DNA of 64,000 nucleotides, taken from positions 1,101 to 65,100 of the forward strand of contig CABYHW010000005.1 in NCBI GenBank assembly GCA_902518705.1, written 5' to 3'. Below are positions 38,750-47,783 of the stretch, in pieces (position 1 is the stretch's first letter; each line of letters opens with the position of its first letter). Source of the DNA: an uncultured Alphaproteobacteria bacterium (GTDB lineage Bacteria > Pseudomonadota > Alphaproteobacteria > HIMB59 > GCA-002718135). The notes beneath the pieces were generated by a model that saw only the letters and a list, made by a program, of their open reading frames with translations, was not told the DNA's origin and made no database searches. The position numbers and the translations under genes were made by a program.

Positions 38750-39315
38750 AAAAATTACAAGTTGCTATTTTCATATCGGGAAGAGGTTCCAATTTAGAAT
38801 CACTAATACAATCATCATTGAAAAAACAAAGTTTAGTAGAGGTTCAATTAGTAGTCTCTAATAACTCCAAAGCAAAAGGTTTAACTATTGCTAAAAAAAA
38901 TAAAATTCCATTCATACATTTTATTCCAAGAAAAAATTTCGAAAACAAAGTCATGAAGTATCTAAAAAATATAGATATCATTTGTTTGGCTGGTTTTATG
39001 CAAGTTTTAGACTCAAAATTTGTAAGGCAGTGGCGATCGCGATTAATCAATATTCATCCATCTTATCTTCCAGCTTTCAAAGGCTTAAATGCTCAAGATC
39101 AGGCCATAAAGGCTAAATCGAGTTATTCTGGTTGTAGTGTTCATTACGTTAACGCTAAAATTGACTCTGGAAAGATTATATTGCAAAAAAAAGTAAAGAT
39201 TTTGAAGAAAGATAATACCGAATCACTCTCAAAGAAAATATTGATAGAAGAACATAAGGTTTATCCAAGAGCATTACAGATGGTTGCAAAAAAACTTTTA
39301 ACAAGACAACAGTAA
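38746..39315 (+). CDS. purN: Phosphoribosylglycinamide formyltransferase
   Basis: FISGRGSNL and INIHPSYLPAFKG motifs. TTG start overlapping the purM stop by 4 nt. Confidence 0.9.
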   Translation: MKKLQVAIFISGRGSNLESLIQSSLKKQSLVEVQLVVSNNSKAKGLTIAKKNKIPFIHFIPRKNFENKVMKYLKNIDIICLAGFMQVLDSKFVRQWRSRLINIHPSYLPAFKGLNAQDQAIKAKSSYSGCSVHYVNAKIDSGKIILQKKVKILKKDNTESLSKKILIEEHKVYPRALQMVAKKLLTRQQ

Positions 39316-39316
39316 G

Positions 39317-40804
39317 ATGAAAAATCGATTAAATTTCCTAAAAAAATTTGAGGTAAGGCAATCTCATGTTCCCAGATTTAATGAGGAGTGTGGTGTTTTT
39401 GGAATAAGTGGAACCAAAGATGCTGCTGCCTTAACAGCTCTTGGTTTGCATGCGTTGCAACATCGTGGTCAAGAAGGTTGTGGAATAGTAAGCTATGATG
39501 GCAACTCCTATCACTCAGAAAGAAAATTTGGATTAGTTGGCGATAATTTTACGAAGAAACATTCATTAGATAAGTTAAAGGGAAAAATTGCAATAGGACA
39601 CAATCGCTATTCAACAACGGGTGGTGAAACAATAAGGAATATACAGCCTTTTTATGCTGATCTTCATGGTGGAGCTATTAGTATTGCTCATAATGGTAAT
39701 TTAACTAATGCACTCCTTTTAAGAGAGCAAATGGTACGCGAAGGTGCAATATTTCAAACAACATCAGATACCGAAACAATTGTTCAACTTGTAGCTCGTT
39801 CAAAAAAGAAAGATATTTTAAATAAAATTATTGATGCTTTAATGCAAATTCAAGGTGGTTATGCTTTATCAATTATTGCTAATGGTAAGTTGATTGGCGC
39901 AAGAGATCCATTAGGTATTCGACCACTTGTTTTAGGTAAATTTAAAAATGCATTTATCCTTGCCTCTGAAACTTGCGCGCTAGACATTATAGGTGCAAAA
40001 TTTATCCGTGAAATTGAAAATGGAGAAGTTGTAGTTATTAACGATAATAAAGTTGAAAGTAGAAGACCTTTTCCAAAAAAACAAATCAAACCATGTGTAT
40101 TTGAATATATTTATTTTTCGCGGCCAGATAGTATTTTAAAAAATAAAACCGCCTATGAATATAGAAAAAATTTAGGTACATACTTAGCAAAAGAAACTGA
40201 TATAAAACCTGATGTAGTCGTACCAGTTCCAGATTCTGGTGTTCCTGCTGCGCTTGGTTTTAGTCAAGAGTCTGGTATTCCTTTTGAATTAGGACTAATA
40301 CGAAATCATTATGTGGGGAGGACATTTATTGAGCCAACTCAGCAAATTAGAAGTTTAGGTGTAAAGTTAAAACTAAATCCTAACCAAAGTTCTATTAAAA
40401 AAAAGAAAGTTGTTTTAATTGACGACTCATTGGTTCGAGGAACTACATCCACAAAGATAATAAAAATGCTTTATGATTTTGGCGCAAAAGAAGTCCATAT
40501 GCGTATTGCTTCACCTGCAATTAAATATCCAGATTTTTACGGTGTAGATACTCCAACCCAAGAAGAATTATTGGCTGCAAACAAAAATTTAGAGGAAATG
40601 CGTAAATATATTGGAGCTAAATCATTAAAATTTTTATCATTAGATGGTCTGTATCAAGCTCTTGGTTATGATGAGAGAGATAATGATAATCCTCAATTTA
40701 CTGATCATTATTTTACAGGAGAGTATCCAGTCAGACCTTTAGATTACTTGAATGACGAAAGCTTAAAAAAACTATCATTTTTAAGTCTTGCTTCAAATAA
40801 TTAA
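39317..40804 (+). CDS. purF: Amidophosphoribosyltransferase
   Basis: Ntn nucleophile in EECGVFGI and PRPP loop VVLIDDSLVRGTT. It appears to lack Fe-S cluster cysteines (YPDFYGVDTP). Confidence 0.9.
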   Translation: MKNRLNFLKKFEVRQSHVPRFNEECGVFGISGTKDAAALTALGLHALQHRGQEGCGIVSYDGNSYHSERKFGLVGDNFTKKHSLDKLKGKIAIGHNRYSTTGGETIRNIQPFYADLHGGAISIAHNGNLTNALLLREQMVREGAIFQTTSDTETIVQLVARSKKKDILNKIIDALMQIQGGYALSIIANGKLIGARDPLGIRPLVLGKFKNAFILASETCALDIIGAKFIREIENGEVVVINDNKVESRRPFPKKQIKPCVFEYIYFSRPDSILKNKTAYEYRKNLGTYLAKETDIKPDVVVPVPDSGVPAALGFSQESGIPFELGLIRNHYVGRTFIEPTQQIRSLGVKLKLNPNQSSIKKKKVVLIDDSLVRGTTSTKIIKMLYDFGAKEVHMRIASPAIKYPDFYGVDTPTQEELLAANKNLEEMRKYIGAKSLKFLSLDGLYQALGYDERDNDNPQFTDHYFTGEYPVRPLDYLNDESLKKLSFLSLASNN

Positions 40805-40824
40805 TTAATGAATTATTTTTTTTC

Positions 40825-42102
40825 ATGAACGTTCTTGTCATTGGTAATGGTGGAAGAGAGCACGCATTATGTTATGGCATAAAACAATCTCCTAATTGTT
40901 CTAATTTATATTGTATTCCTGGAAGTGATAGTATCAGTGAAATTGCTTCTTCTATTATCACAGATGTTAATGATCATGAGGCTATTCTTCAATTTTGTCT
41001 AGAAAGTAAAATTGATCTTGTCGTGATAGGTCCAGAACTACCTTTAACTAAAGGATTATCCAACCTTTTAATGAATAATTCTATTTTTGTCTTTGGCCCT
41101 GATCAGATGGGAGCTGAGTTAGAAAAATCAAAAAAATTTACAAAAGATATTTGTAAAAAATTACATATAGCAACAGCTGCTTATGACGTATTTGACAACT
41201 ATGATGATGCCTTGAATTTTTGTCAAAATCAATCCTATCCTCTTGTTATTAAAGCTGATGGTTTAGCAGCAGGAAAAGGAGTTATTATTTGTCAAACAAT
41301 GGAAGATGCAAAAGATGCACTGATTAAATGTTTTAAAGATAATTCTTTTGGTGATGCTGGTTCAGTTGTTGTTATTGAAGAATTTTTAGTTGGTGAAGAG
41401 GTAAGTTTATTTTCACTTGTTGATAAAAATGGATTTGTGTTGCCACTTACAACAGCACAAGATCATAAAAAAATCTTAGAAGGAGAAAAAGGGTTAAACA
41501 CTGGTGGTATGGGAGCCTACACACCTGTTCCTTCTATTTCATCAAATAAAATGAATGAATTATCCAAAACATTTGTTGAGCCTATTGTTCAACATCTTGC
41601 TGAACAAGGCATCAACTACCAAGGAATGTTTTATGCTGGATTAATTTTAACAGATAAGGGTCCAAATTTACTCGAAATTAATGTTCGTTTTGGTGATCCA
41701 GAAACGCAAGCAATTATTCCATTATTAGAAACAGATTTATTAGAACTCCTTTATGCTTCGGCAAAAGGAACTTTAAATAAAATGGAGCAAATTAAGTGGA
41801 AAAATGAATATTCCATGACAATAGTAATGGCTGCTAATGGCTATCCTGAGGATTATAAAAAATTCACATCCATTAATAATTTAGAAAATCTTACTTTAAC
41901 AAAAGATGAGTATTTGTTTCATGCGGGAACAACACTTAAAGAAAACAAATGGTACTCTAATGGTGGACGTGTATTAAATATTTCTACTACGGGCAAAGAC
42001 TTAAAAACTATTAGAGAAACTATTCACAATATAATCAATCAAATTAATTGGGATGAAGGATATTATCGAAAAGATATTGGTTGGAGATATATTGATGAGT
42101 AA
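40825..42102 (+). CDS. purD: Phosphoribosylamine-glycine ligase
   Basis: MNVLVIGNGGREHAL, ATP-grasp VIKADGLAAGKGV, EINVRFGDPE. Confidence 0.95.
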   Translation: MNVLVIGNGGREHALCYGIKQSPNCSNLYCIPGSDSISEIASSIITDVNDHEAILQFCLESKIDLVVIGPELPLTKGLSNLLMNNSIFVFGPDQMGAELEKSKKFTKDICKKLHIATAAYDVFDNYDDALNFCQNQSYPLVIKADGLAAGKGVIICQTMEDAKDALIKCFKDNSFGDAGSVVVIEEFLVGEEVSLFSLVDKNGFVLPLTTAQDHKKILEGEKGLNTGGMGAYTPVPSISSNKMNELSKTFVEPIVQHLAEQGINYQGMFYAGLILTDKGPNLLEINVRFGDPETQAIIPLLETDLLELLYASAKGTLNKMEQIKWKNEYSMTIVMAANGYPEDYKKFTSINNLENLTLTKDEYLFHAGTTLKENKWYSNGGRVLNISTTGKDLKTIRETIHNIINQINWDEGYYRKDIGWRYIDE

Positions 42103-42997
42103 CTCATTTTTAGTTGAAGGAAAAACAAAAATTATTGAGAAAACAAATGATCACAATATTATTCGAATTGTAACAAAAGATTTTTTAACAGGCGGGGACG
42201 CAGCGAAGAAAGAGGAAATCAAAGATATTGGAATACAAAAGACAAAACAAACAAGTAATGTTTTTAGTATGCTAACCAAGGCAGGTATTGCAACATCATT
42301 TATTGAACAAGATTCGCCAAATAGCCTTTTAAGTTACAACTGCAATATGCTTCCTTTAGAATTTGTAGTAAGACGTTATGCATGGGGTAGTTATTTAAGT
42401 AGAAACACTCAATTTGCAAAAGATAAAAGTAATCCTCATCAATTTGAAAGCTTAGTTTGGGAAATATTTCATAAACAAGCGGTTGTTATGCCTCCTCATG
42501 TTACAGAACCTGTTCAAATGGATGAGAGTGAAGCGAGAAGACAATTTTTGAAAGATGGAAAATGGGAAGAGGGTGTATTTACGGATCCATTTGTAAAAGC
42601 TGGAGAAAAATGGGAATTATTTTCTGCCAAACAACCTATAACAAGCAAAAGCTTGATGAAGACTAAAAAATTATTGTCTGATAAAGAATTAGAAATAGCT
42701 ATTAATGGAATTATTCTTCCAAGTTTTGAGCTCATAGAAGACAAATGGAAAACTATTGAGACGATTGATGGTCCTATACATTTAGTCGATATTAAGTTTG
42801 AGCTTGGCTTTAAAGTATCCGATAATTCGTTAGTTTTATCTGATGTCGTTGATAATGATAGTTGGCGAATATGGCCTGGAGGAGATCCCAATAAACAATT
42901 AGATAAACAATCTTTTCGTGAAGGAGATGATTTAGTAAATGTTGCTAATAAATACGAGTTAGTAACGCAGTTAACTGATCAATTTAATTTAAGTTAA
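42095..42997 (+). CDS. purC: SAICAR synthetase (long form)
   Basis: LVEGKTKII N-terminus and LEFVVRRYAWGS. ATG at 42095 is preferred; it overlaps the purD stop by 8 nt. Confidence 0.85.
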   Translation: MSNSFLVEGKTKIIEKTNDHNIIRIVTKDFLTGGDAAKKEEIKDIGIQKTKQTSNVFSMLTKAGIATSFIEQDSPNSLLSYNCNMLPLEFVVRRYAWGSYLSRNTQFAKDKSNPHQFESLVWEIFHKQAVVMPPHVTEPVQMDESEARRQFLKDGKWEEGVFTDPFVKAGEKWELFSAKQPITSKSLMKTKKLLSDKELEIAINGIILPSFELIEDKWKTIETIDGPIHLVDIKFELGFKVSDNSLVLSDVVDNDSWRIWPGGDPNKQLDKQSFREGDDLVNVANKYELVTQLTDQFNLS

Positions 42998-43001
42998 TAA
43001 A

Positions 43002-44045
43002 TTATTTTTCAATAATTGTTATATGACCCATTTTCCTTTTATTTTTAATTTCTGTTTTTAAATAGTCATAAAAAAATTCGTTATCCTTAAATTTTTTACT
43101 GCGATAAGGTGTAATATCATCACCAATCAAGTTTATCATTTTGGCGTTATACAATTTTTTAGTCTCAATCTTCTCTAAGCTGCATACTGCTCGTACATGA
43201 TTTTCAAATTGACTAATATTATGAGAATTCATTGTCAGATGTCCAGAATTATGAACGCGAGGAGCAATTTCGTTAGCATATAAATTATCATCAGTATCAA
43301 TAAAAAACTCTACACATAACGTTCCAATATAATCTAGTTTTTCTACAACTTGTTTTGCCCACTCAATTGATTTTATTCGTATGTCTTCAGAGATATCACT
43401 TGGTATTTTTGAATATTTTAAAATTTGTTCTTCATGAACATTCTCGATAGGATCATAGATCTCATAACTATTTTGATCATAACGGGTAATGACGACTGAA
43501 ATTTCTTTTTTAAGATGAATGAGTCTTTCTAAAATGTATTCTTTTGTAAAATCAATTTCGTTCATAACATCATCTACAGTGTTTAATTTATACTGACCTT
43601 TACCATCGTATCCTAATGTTGTTGTTTTTAACAAACCAGGAAGCAAGTCTAGATTTTCACTCAAATCTTTTCCATTTTTGATAGTTACATATTTTGTTGT
43701 TGTTATATTATTGTCATTGAGAAATTTTTTTTCTGTTTCTCGGTGTTGAATGAGTTGATTAATTTCAGGTTTTGGTAAAACTTTTTTCTTTTCATTAATT
43801 TTTTTTAATATTGCGAAGGGAATATTTTCAAATTCATATGTAACAAGATCAACTGCATTAATAAAATTATTTACCGTTGTATCATCATCATACTGACCAA
43901 AAATAAATTTAGTAGCAAAGTGTTTCCCGGGTGCATCAGGATCATCACTTAATATGACGGTTTGTATATCTATTTTTTTTGCAGCATCTGCTAAAAGACT
44001 TCCTAATTGTCCGCCACCGATAATGCCAAGTGTGGGTGCATTCAT
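43002..44045 (-). CDS. purK: N5-carboxyaminoimidazole ribonucleotide synthase
   Basis: LGIIGGGQLG and an ATP-grasp core. Immediately downstream of purE on the minus strand. Confidence 0.9.
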   Translation of the reverse strand: MNAPTLGIIGGGQLGSLLADAAKKIDIQTVILSDDPDAPGKHFATKFIFGQYDDDTTVNNFINAVDLVTYEFENIPFAILKKINEKKKVLPKPEINQLIQHRETEKKFLNDNNITTTKYVTIKNGKDLSENLDLLPGLLKTTTLGYDGKGQYKLNTVDDVMNEIDFTKEYILERLIHLKKEISVVITRYDQNSYEIYDPIENVHEEQILKYSKIPSDISEDIRIKSIEWAKQVVEKLDYIGTLCVEFFIDTDDNLYANEIAPRVHNSGHLTMNSHNISQFENHVRAVCSLEKIETKKLYNAKMINLIGDDITPYRSKKFKDNEFFYDYLKTEIKNKRKMGHITIIEK

Positions 44046-44048
44046 GAC

Positions 44049-44540
44049 TTATGGTTTTTGTTTAACAGCTTTTGATTGTTTGCTTCGATAATTCTTTAGA
44101 TTTTTCTTAATTTCTTTATTCGTAAGAGCAATGATGGAAGCTGCATATAAACCGGCATTCATTGCTCCATCCTCACCAATTGCTACACTGCCAACAGGAA
44201 TACCTTTTGGCATCTGTACTATTGATAATAAACTATCCAATCCTTTTAATTTACGACTTTCTACTGGTACACCGATTACAGGTATAGTTGTCAATGATGC
44301 AATCATTCCTGGTAAATGTGCAGAACCTCCAGCACCGGCAATAATGACAGAAATATTATTATCTTCTGCTGCTTTAGCAAATTTAAACATCCTCTCTGGT
44401 GTGCGGTGCGCAGAAACAATTTTGGTTTCAAACTTAACTTTCAGTAATTTTAAAATTTTTTCACAATTTTTCATGGTAGTATAATCAGACTTACTACCCA
44501 TCACAATTGCTACTTTATGTTTTGTTGATGCTGACGTCAT
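44049..44540 (-). CDS. purE: N5-CAIR mutase (class I PurE)
   Basis: [10 protein letters not shown] and [10 protein letters not shown] motifs. Confidence 0.95.
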   Translation of the reverse strand: MTSASTKHKVAIVMGSKSDYTTMKNCEKILKLLKVKFETKIVSAHRTPERMFKFAKAAEDNNISVIIAGAGGSAHLPGMIASLTTIPVIGVPVESRKLKGLDSLLSIVQMPKGIPVGSVAIGEDGAMNAGLYAASIIALTNKEIKKNLKNYRSKQSKAVKQKP

Positions 44541-44582
44541 TTTTATTTTATTGTATCAATTCAAAGATGATTCGATACATTA

Positions 44583-45698
44583 TTACATAATGACATCGTG
44601 AACATTACTCTCGCGGGCTCCTGCTTTTGAAATAAAGACAAATTTACAGTTTCCCTGCATTTTCTTAATCGTTTTATGACCAGTGTACCCCATAGAAGAT
44701 TTTAAACCACCAACAAGTTGATAGGCTACATCTTCTATTGTACCTTTGTATGGAACCATTCCTTCTACACCTTCTGCTACTAATTTTTTGGCATTCTTTG
44801 TTTCTTCTTGGGAGTATCGATCAAAAGATCCTTTTTGCATTGCTCCTACAGAGCCCATACCTCTATATGATTTATATTTTTTACCTTTAATCGTTAATAA
44901 TTTCCCTGGTGACTCTTCAGTGCCGGCAAATAAAGAGCCTATCATACAAGCACTTGCACCAGCTGCTATAGCTTTCGCAATATCACCTGATGTCTTTATG
45001 CCTCCATCTGCAATTACTGGAACTTTAAATTTTTTGGCCACTTGAAATGCATCCATCACAGCTGAAAGCTGAGGAATACCAACACCTGTTACAACTCTTG
45101 TAGTACAAATTGATCCCGGGCCAATACCAACTTTAATAGCATCAACACCAACACTAATTAAATCTGATGCAGCTTTTTTTGTAGCGATATTTCCAACAAT
45201 AAGAGGAGTTTTCTTTAAAACTTTTTTAGCTTTTTCTATAAACTGTAAAGTTGTTTTTGTATGTGCATGAGCAACATCGATAAAGACTATATCAACGCCG
45301 ACATTTAATAATTCTAATAGTCGTAAGTACGCATTATTTTCAACACCGATTGCAGCTCCTACTGCAATCTGTCCATTAGTATTAATCACAGCATTTTGAA
45401 ATTTTTTTGAATCAACTTTAAAACTATGAACTTTGTTAACTTCACCTGCTTGTTTATCTATTGGCATGTTTCGGTGTATAACACCTAGACCACCATTAAG
45501 TGCTAAATTGATCGCCATTTTGTTCTCTGTCACGGTATCCATAGCAGCGGAGAGTATGGGAATGTGTAATTTGACTTTTCCAATGGTAATCGATGTATCT
45601 ACATCTTTTGGTTTTATCTCCGAATACGCTGGTGAAAGCAGAACATCATCAAAAGTAACGGAATAATTAGTATTTATCTGGTAGGCCATTTCCAACAA
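44583..45698 (-). CDS. guaB: IMP dehydrogenase lacking the CBS/Bateman subdomain
   Basis: [19 protein letters not shown], catalytic [11 protein letters not shown], flap GSFDRYSQ...[10 protein letters not shown]-terminal ESNVHDV. At 371 aa, the region after [16 protein letters not shown] runs straight into the barrel. Confidence 0.8.
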   Translation of the reverse strand: MLEMAYQINTNYSVTFDDVLLSPAYSEIKPKDVDTSITIGKVKLHIPILSAAMDTVTENKMAINLALNGGLGVIHRNMPIDKQAGEVNKVHSFKVDSKKFQNAVINTNGQIAVGAAIGVENNAYLRLLELLNVGVDIVFIDVAHAHTKTTLQFIEKAKKVLKKTPLIVGNIATKKAASDLISVGVDAIKVGIGPGSICTTRVVTGVGIPQLSAVMDAFQVAKKFKVPVIADGGIKTSGDIAKAIAAGASACMIGSLFAGTEESPGKLLTIKGKKYKSYRGMGSVGAMQKGSFDRYSQEETKNAKKLVAEGVEGMVPYKGTIEDVAYQLVGGLKSSMGYTGHKTIKKMQGNCKFVFISKAGARESNVHDVIM

Positions 45699-45761
45699 TA
45701 TTTATTTTGTTTCGATTTGTAAAATAAATAGTTCAAATTATGCTTTTTGAACCCCTACGTC

Positions 45762-46241
45762 TTAAATTTTATATTCGAAATTCTGTGTTGTAGGGTTAAT
45801 CTTAATTAACCTTGCGCCATTTCGAATATGATAGTGGGTAGCAACAGGAGTCAAAGGCGAAATAGTAATGATGCTTTCAAATTGCTCTTTTGATTTGATA
45901 TATTTTTGCAATTCTTTCATAATTTTTTTCCCTGCCCCTTTTTTAAAAGACCATAACGTATAAGCAATTGGTATAGATGCTTGATCTTCTTCAACACTCA
46001 TCAAATCCATTTCTTTAATAGTAGTTGGTATTTCATTCGTAAAGGCAAAGCAGGCAATACCCTCAATATCATCCTTGTATTTGAGGCCAAAAATTTTTCT
46101 TCCCTTTGATGTACGAAAGTCATTATCAAGTTCTGGGCGTACTGGATCGTCGGATGGATTTACACCTTCTAGCTCTACTAGCTCCGTTTTTTTGATCCAA
46201 CTAAAGAAATCAAACTCGTATTTGTATCTGCCAATTTTCAT
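45762..46241 (-). CDS. Hypothetical protein, possibly a GNAT-fold acetyltransferase
   Basis: The only hint is a KKGAGKKIM segment resembling the GNAT (Q/R)xxGxG/A acetyl-CoA motif. 159 aa. Confidence 0.35.
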   Translation of the reverse strand: MKIGRYKYEFDFFSWIKKTELVELEGVNPSDDPVRPELDNDFRTSKGRKIFGLKYKDDIEGIACFAFTNEIPTTIKEMDLMSVEEDQASIPIAYTLWSFKKGAGKKIMKELQKYIKSKEQFESIITISPLTPVATHYHIRNGARLIKINPTTQNFEYKI

Positions 46242-46360
46242 TTAAAGTATGTAATGCTTTATAAGATTTGATAAATAAAGATAGTAAATATTTTGATAAG
46301 AAAGTAGCCTTAATTACTTATTATCAAATTTTACTAATATAAATTCTTGTTACATTAAAA

Positions 46361-47677
46361 ATGTCTTCAAAATCATCCATTCAAAATATTTTTAAATTAT
46401 CTATCCCTATTTTTTTTGCAAATTTAGTCATTCCTTTTGTGGCTATTGTTGATACCGGTTTAATGGGCAATCTTGATAACGCTAGTTACTTGGTTGCGAC
46501 CAGTATTGCGGCAAGTGTCTTTTCCATTCTTTTTGGGAGTTTTGGTTTTTTACGATCGGGTACGGTTGGAATGATTGCACAGGCAGATGGATCAAAAGAT
46601 TATGAAGAAATCATAAATATTTTTTTACGTAATATTACTTTTGTCATTATTATTTCCCTCTTGTTAGTTATTCTTCAAACATACATATATAATATTTCTT
46701 TATCTATTTTTGATTTATCAAAGGAAACAAAACTTTATTTTAAAGATTATTTTACTTTTCGTATTTACTCTTCTTTTGGTGAGCTAACGATTTTTGTGAT
46801 CACAGGATTGTTTATTGGTTTACAAAAAACAAAAACATCAAGTCTTATTGTCGGGTTTTATTCTATTGCCAATATAATTTTAAGCTTAGTCTTTGTTTTA
46901 TATTTTAATTTAAATGTTTTAGGTGTTGCCTTAGGCACACTCGTAGCTTCAACGCTGACAACAATTATCTTTTTAGTCTTTACATTCTATGACTTAAGCA
47001 AGATGACTAAATTAGAATTTAATTCAAAAAAAATTTTTAATTTCAGTAAAGTAAAAAATATTTTTAATATTAATCTTAATATATTTATCCGGTCTCTTCT
47101 TCTTGCTTTTGCCTTTTTATATTTTACTTATCTTGGTAATTCTATCAGTGAAGAAACAGTAGCAGCAAATACCATTTTGCTAAATTTTATTATGTTATCA
47201 GCTTATGTTCTTGATGCTTATGCATTCTCTACAGAGGGTATTGTTGGGTATTCTATTGGATCAAAAAATAAACAACTCTTAAGAGATGTCATAAAAAATT
47301 CATTTATCTTAAGTACAGCAACTGGCTTAGTAATATGTGTAATCTTTTTCTTTAGTAAAAATTATTTCATCATTATGATGACAGATTTACCTGACATTCG
47401 AGAAATTAGTTTTAACTTTTCTTACTGGGTAATCATTATTCCTTTTGCAGCTTCTTTTTGTTTTCAATTTGATGGTATCTTTGTTGGTGCATCGCAAACA
47501 ACAGAACTGCGTAATGCGATGATCGTATCTGTCGCCATCTATATTGTTGTCTCTTTCTTTTTAATAGCAAGTTTTGGCAATACAGGATTATGGCTATCTC
47601 TTTGTTTTTTCTTTATTGCAAGAGCAATCACTTTATTTTTCTATATGCCTAGAATTTATGGTCGTATCCATGAATAA
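46361..47677 (+). CDS. MATE-family efflux transporter (DinF/NorM-like)
   Basis: 438 aa with about 12 TM helices in two halves. The N-terminal PIFFANLVIPFVAIVDTGLMG resembles MATE TM1. Confidence 0.75.
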   Translation: MSSKSSIQNIFKLSIPIFFANLVIPFVAIVDTGLMGNLDNASYLVATSIAASVFSILFGSFGFLRSGTVGMIAQADGSKDYEEIINIFLRNITFVIIISLLLVILQTYIYNISLSIFDLSKETKLYFKDYFTFRIYSSFGELTIFVITGLFIGLQKTKTSSLIVGFYSIANIILSLVFVLYFNLNVLGVALGTLVASTLTTIIFLVFTFYDLSKMTKLEFNSKKIFNFSKVKNIFNINLNIFIRSLLLAFAFLYFTYLGNSISEETVAANTILLNFIMLSAYVLDAYAFSTEGIVGYSIGSKNKQLLRDVIKNSFILSTATGLVICVIFFFSKNYFIIMMTDLPDIREISFNFSYWVIIIPFAASFCFQFDGIFVGASQTTELRNAMIVSVAIYIVVSFFLIASFGNTGLWLSLCFFFIARAITLFFYMPRIYGRIHE

Positions 47678-47721
47678 TTCTATTAAATTTAAAAAAAATA
47701 ATTAAAAAGACACAATTATAC

Positions 47722-47747
47722 AAATAGGTCGGTCACTAGCCCTATTT
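47722..47747 (+). terminator. Weak stem-loop after the MATE gene (AAATAGG-N12-CCTATTT, followed by a T/A-rich run)
   Basis: Read from the sequence. The stem is AT-rich and the loop is long. Confidence 0.25.
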
Positions 47748-47783
47748 TAAAATAAAAAAGGCCAAAAATTATTAAAAGTTTTT

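Noticed and set aside
39317-39391. PurF has 24 residues before the catalytic Cys while apparently lacking Fe-S ligands, suggesting a possible mis-start or unusual propeptide.
   Set aside because: No alternative in-frame start lies between the Met and the Cys. The gene begins 1 nt after the purN stop. As far as I recall, leader peptides ending in EECGVFG are usual in alphaproteobacterial PurF. It is probably ordinary.
42053-42094. Track N-terminal extensions: purC from 42053, ispH from 26311, the SBP from 5749, the desaturase from 5900 and DUF721 from 32922.
   Set aside because: The extensions overlap neighbouring genes or precede conserved N-termini and signal peptides. Internal ATGs give products that align with family N-termini or paralogues, so I used shorter starts.
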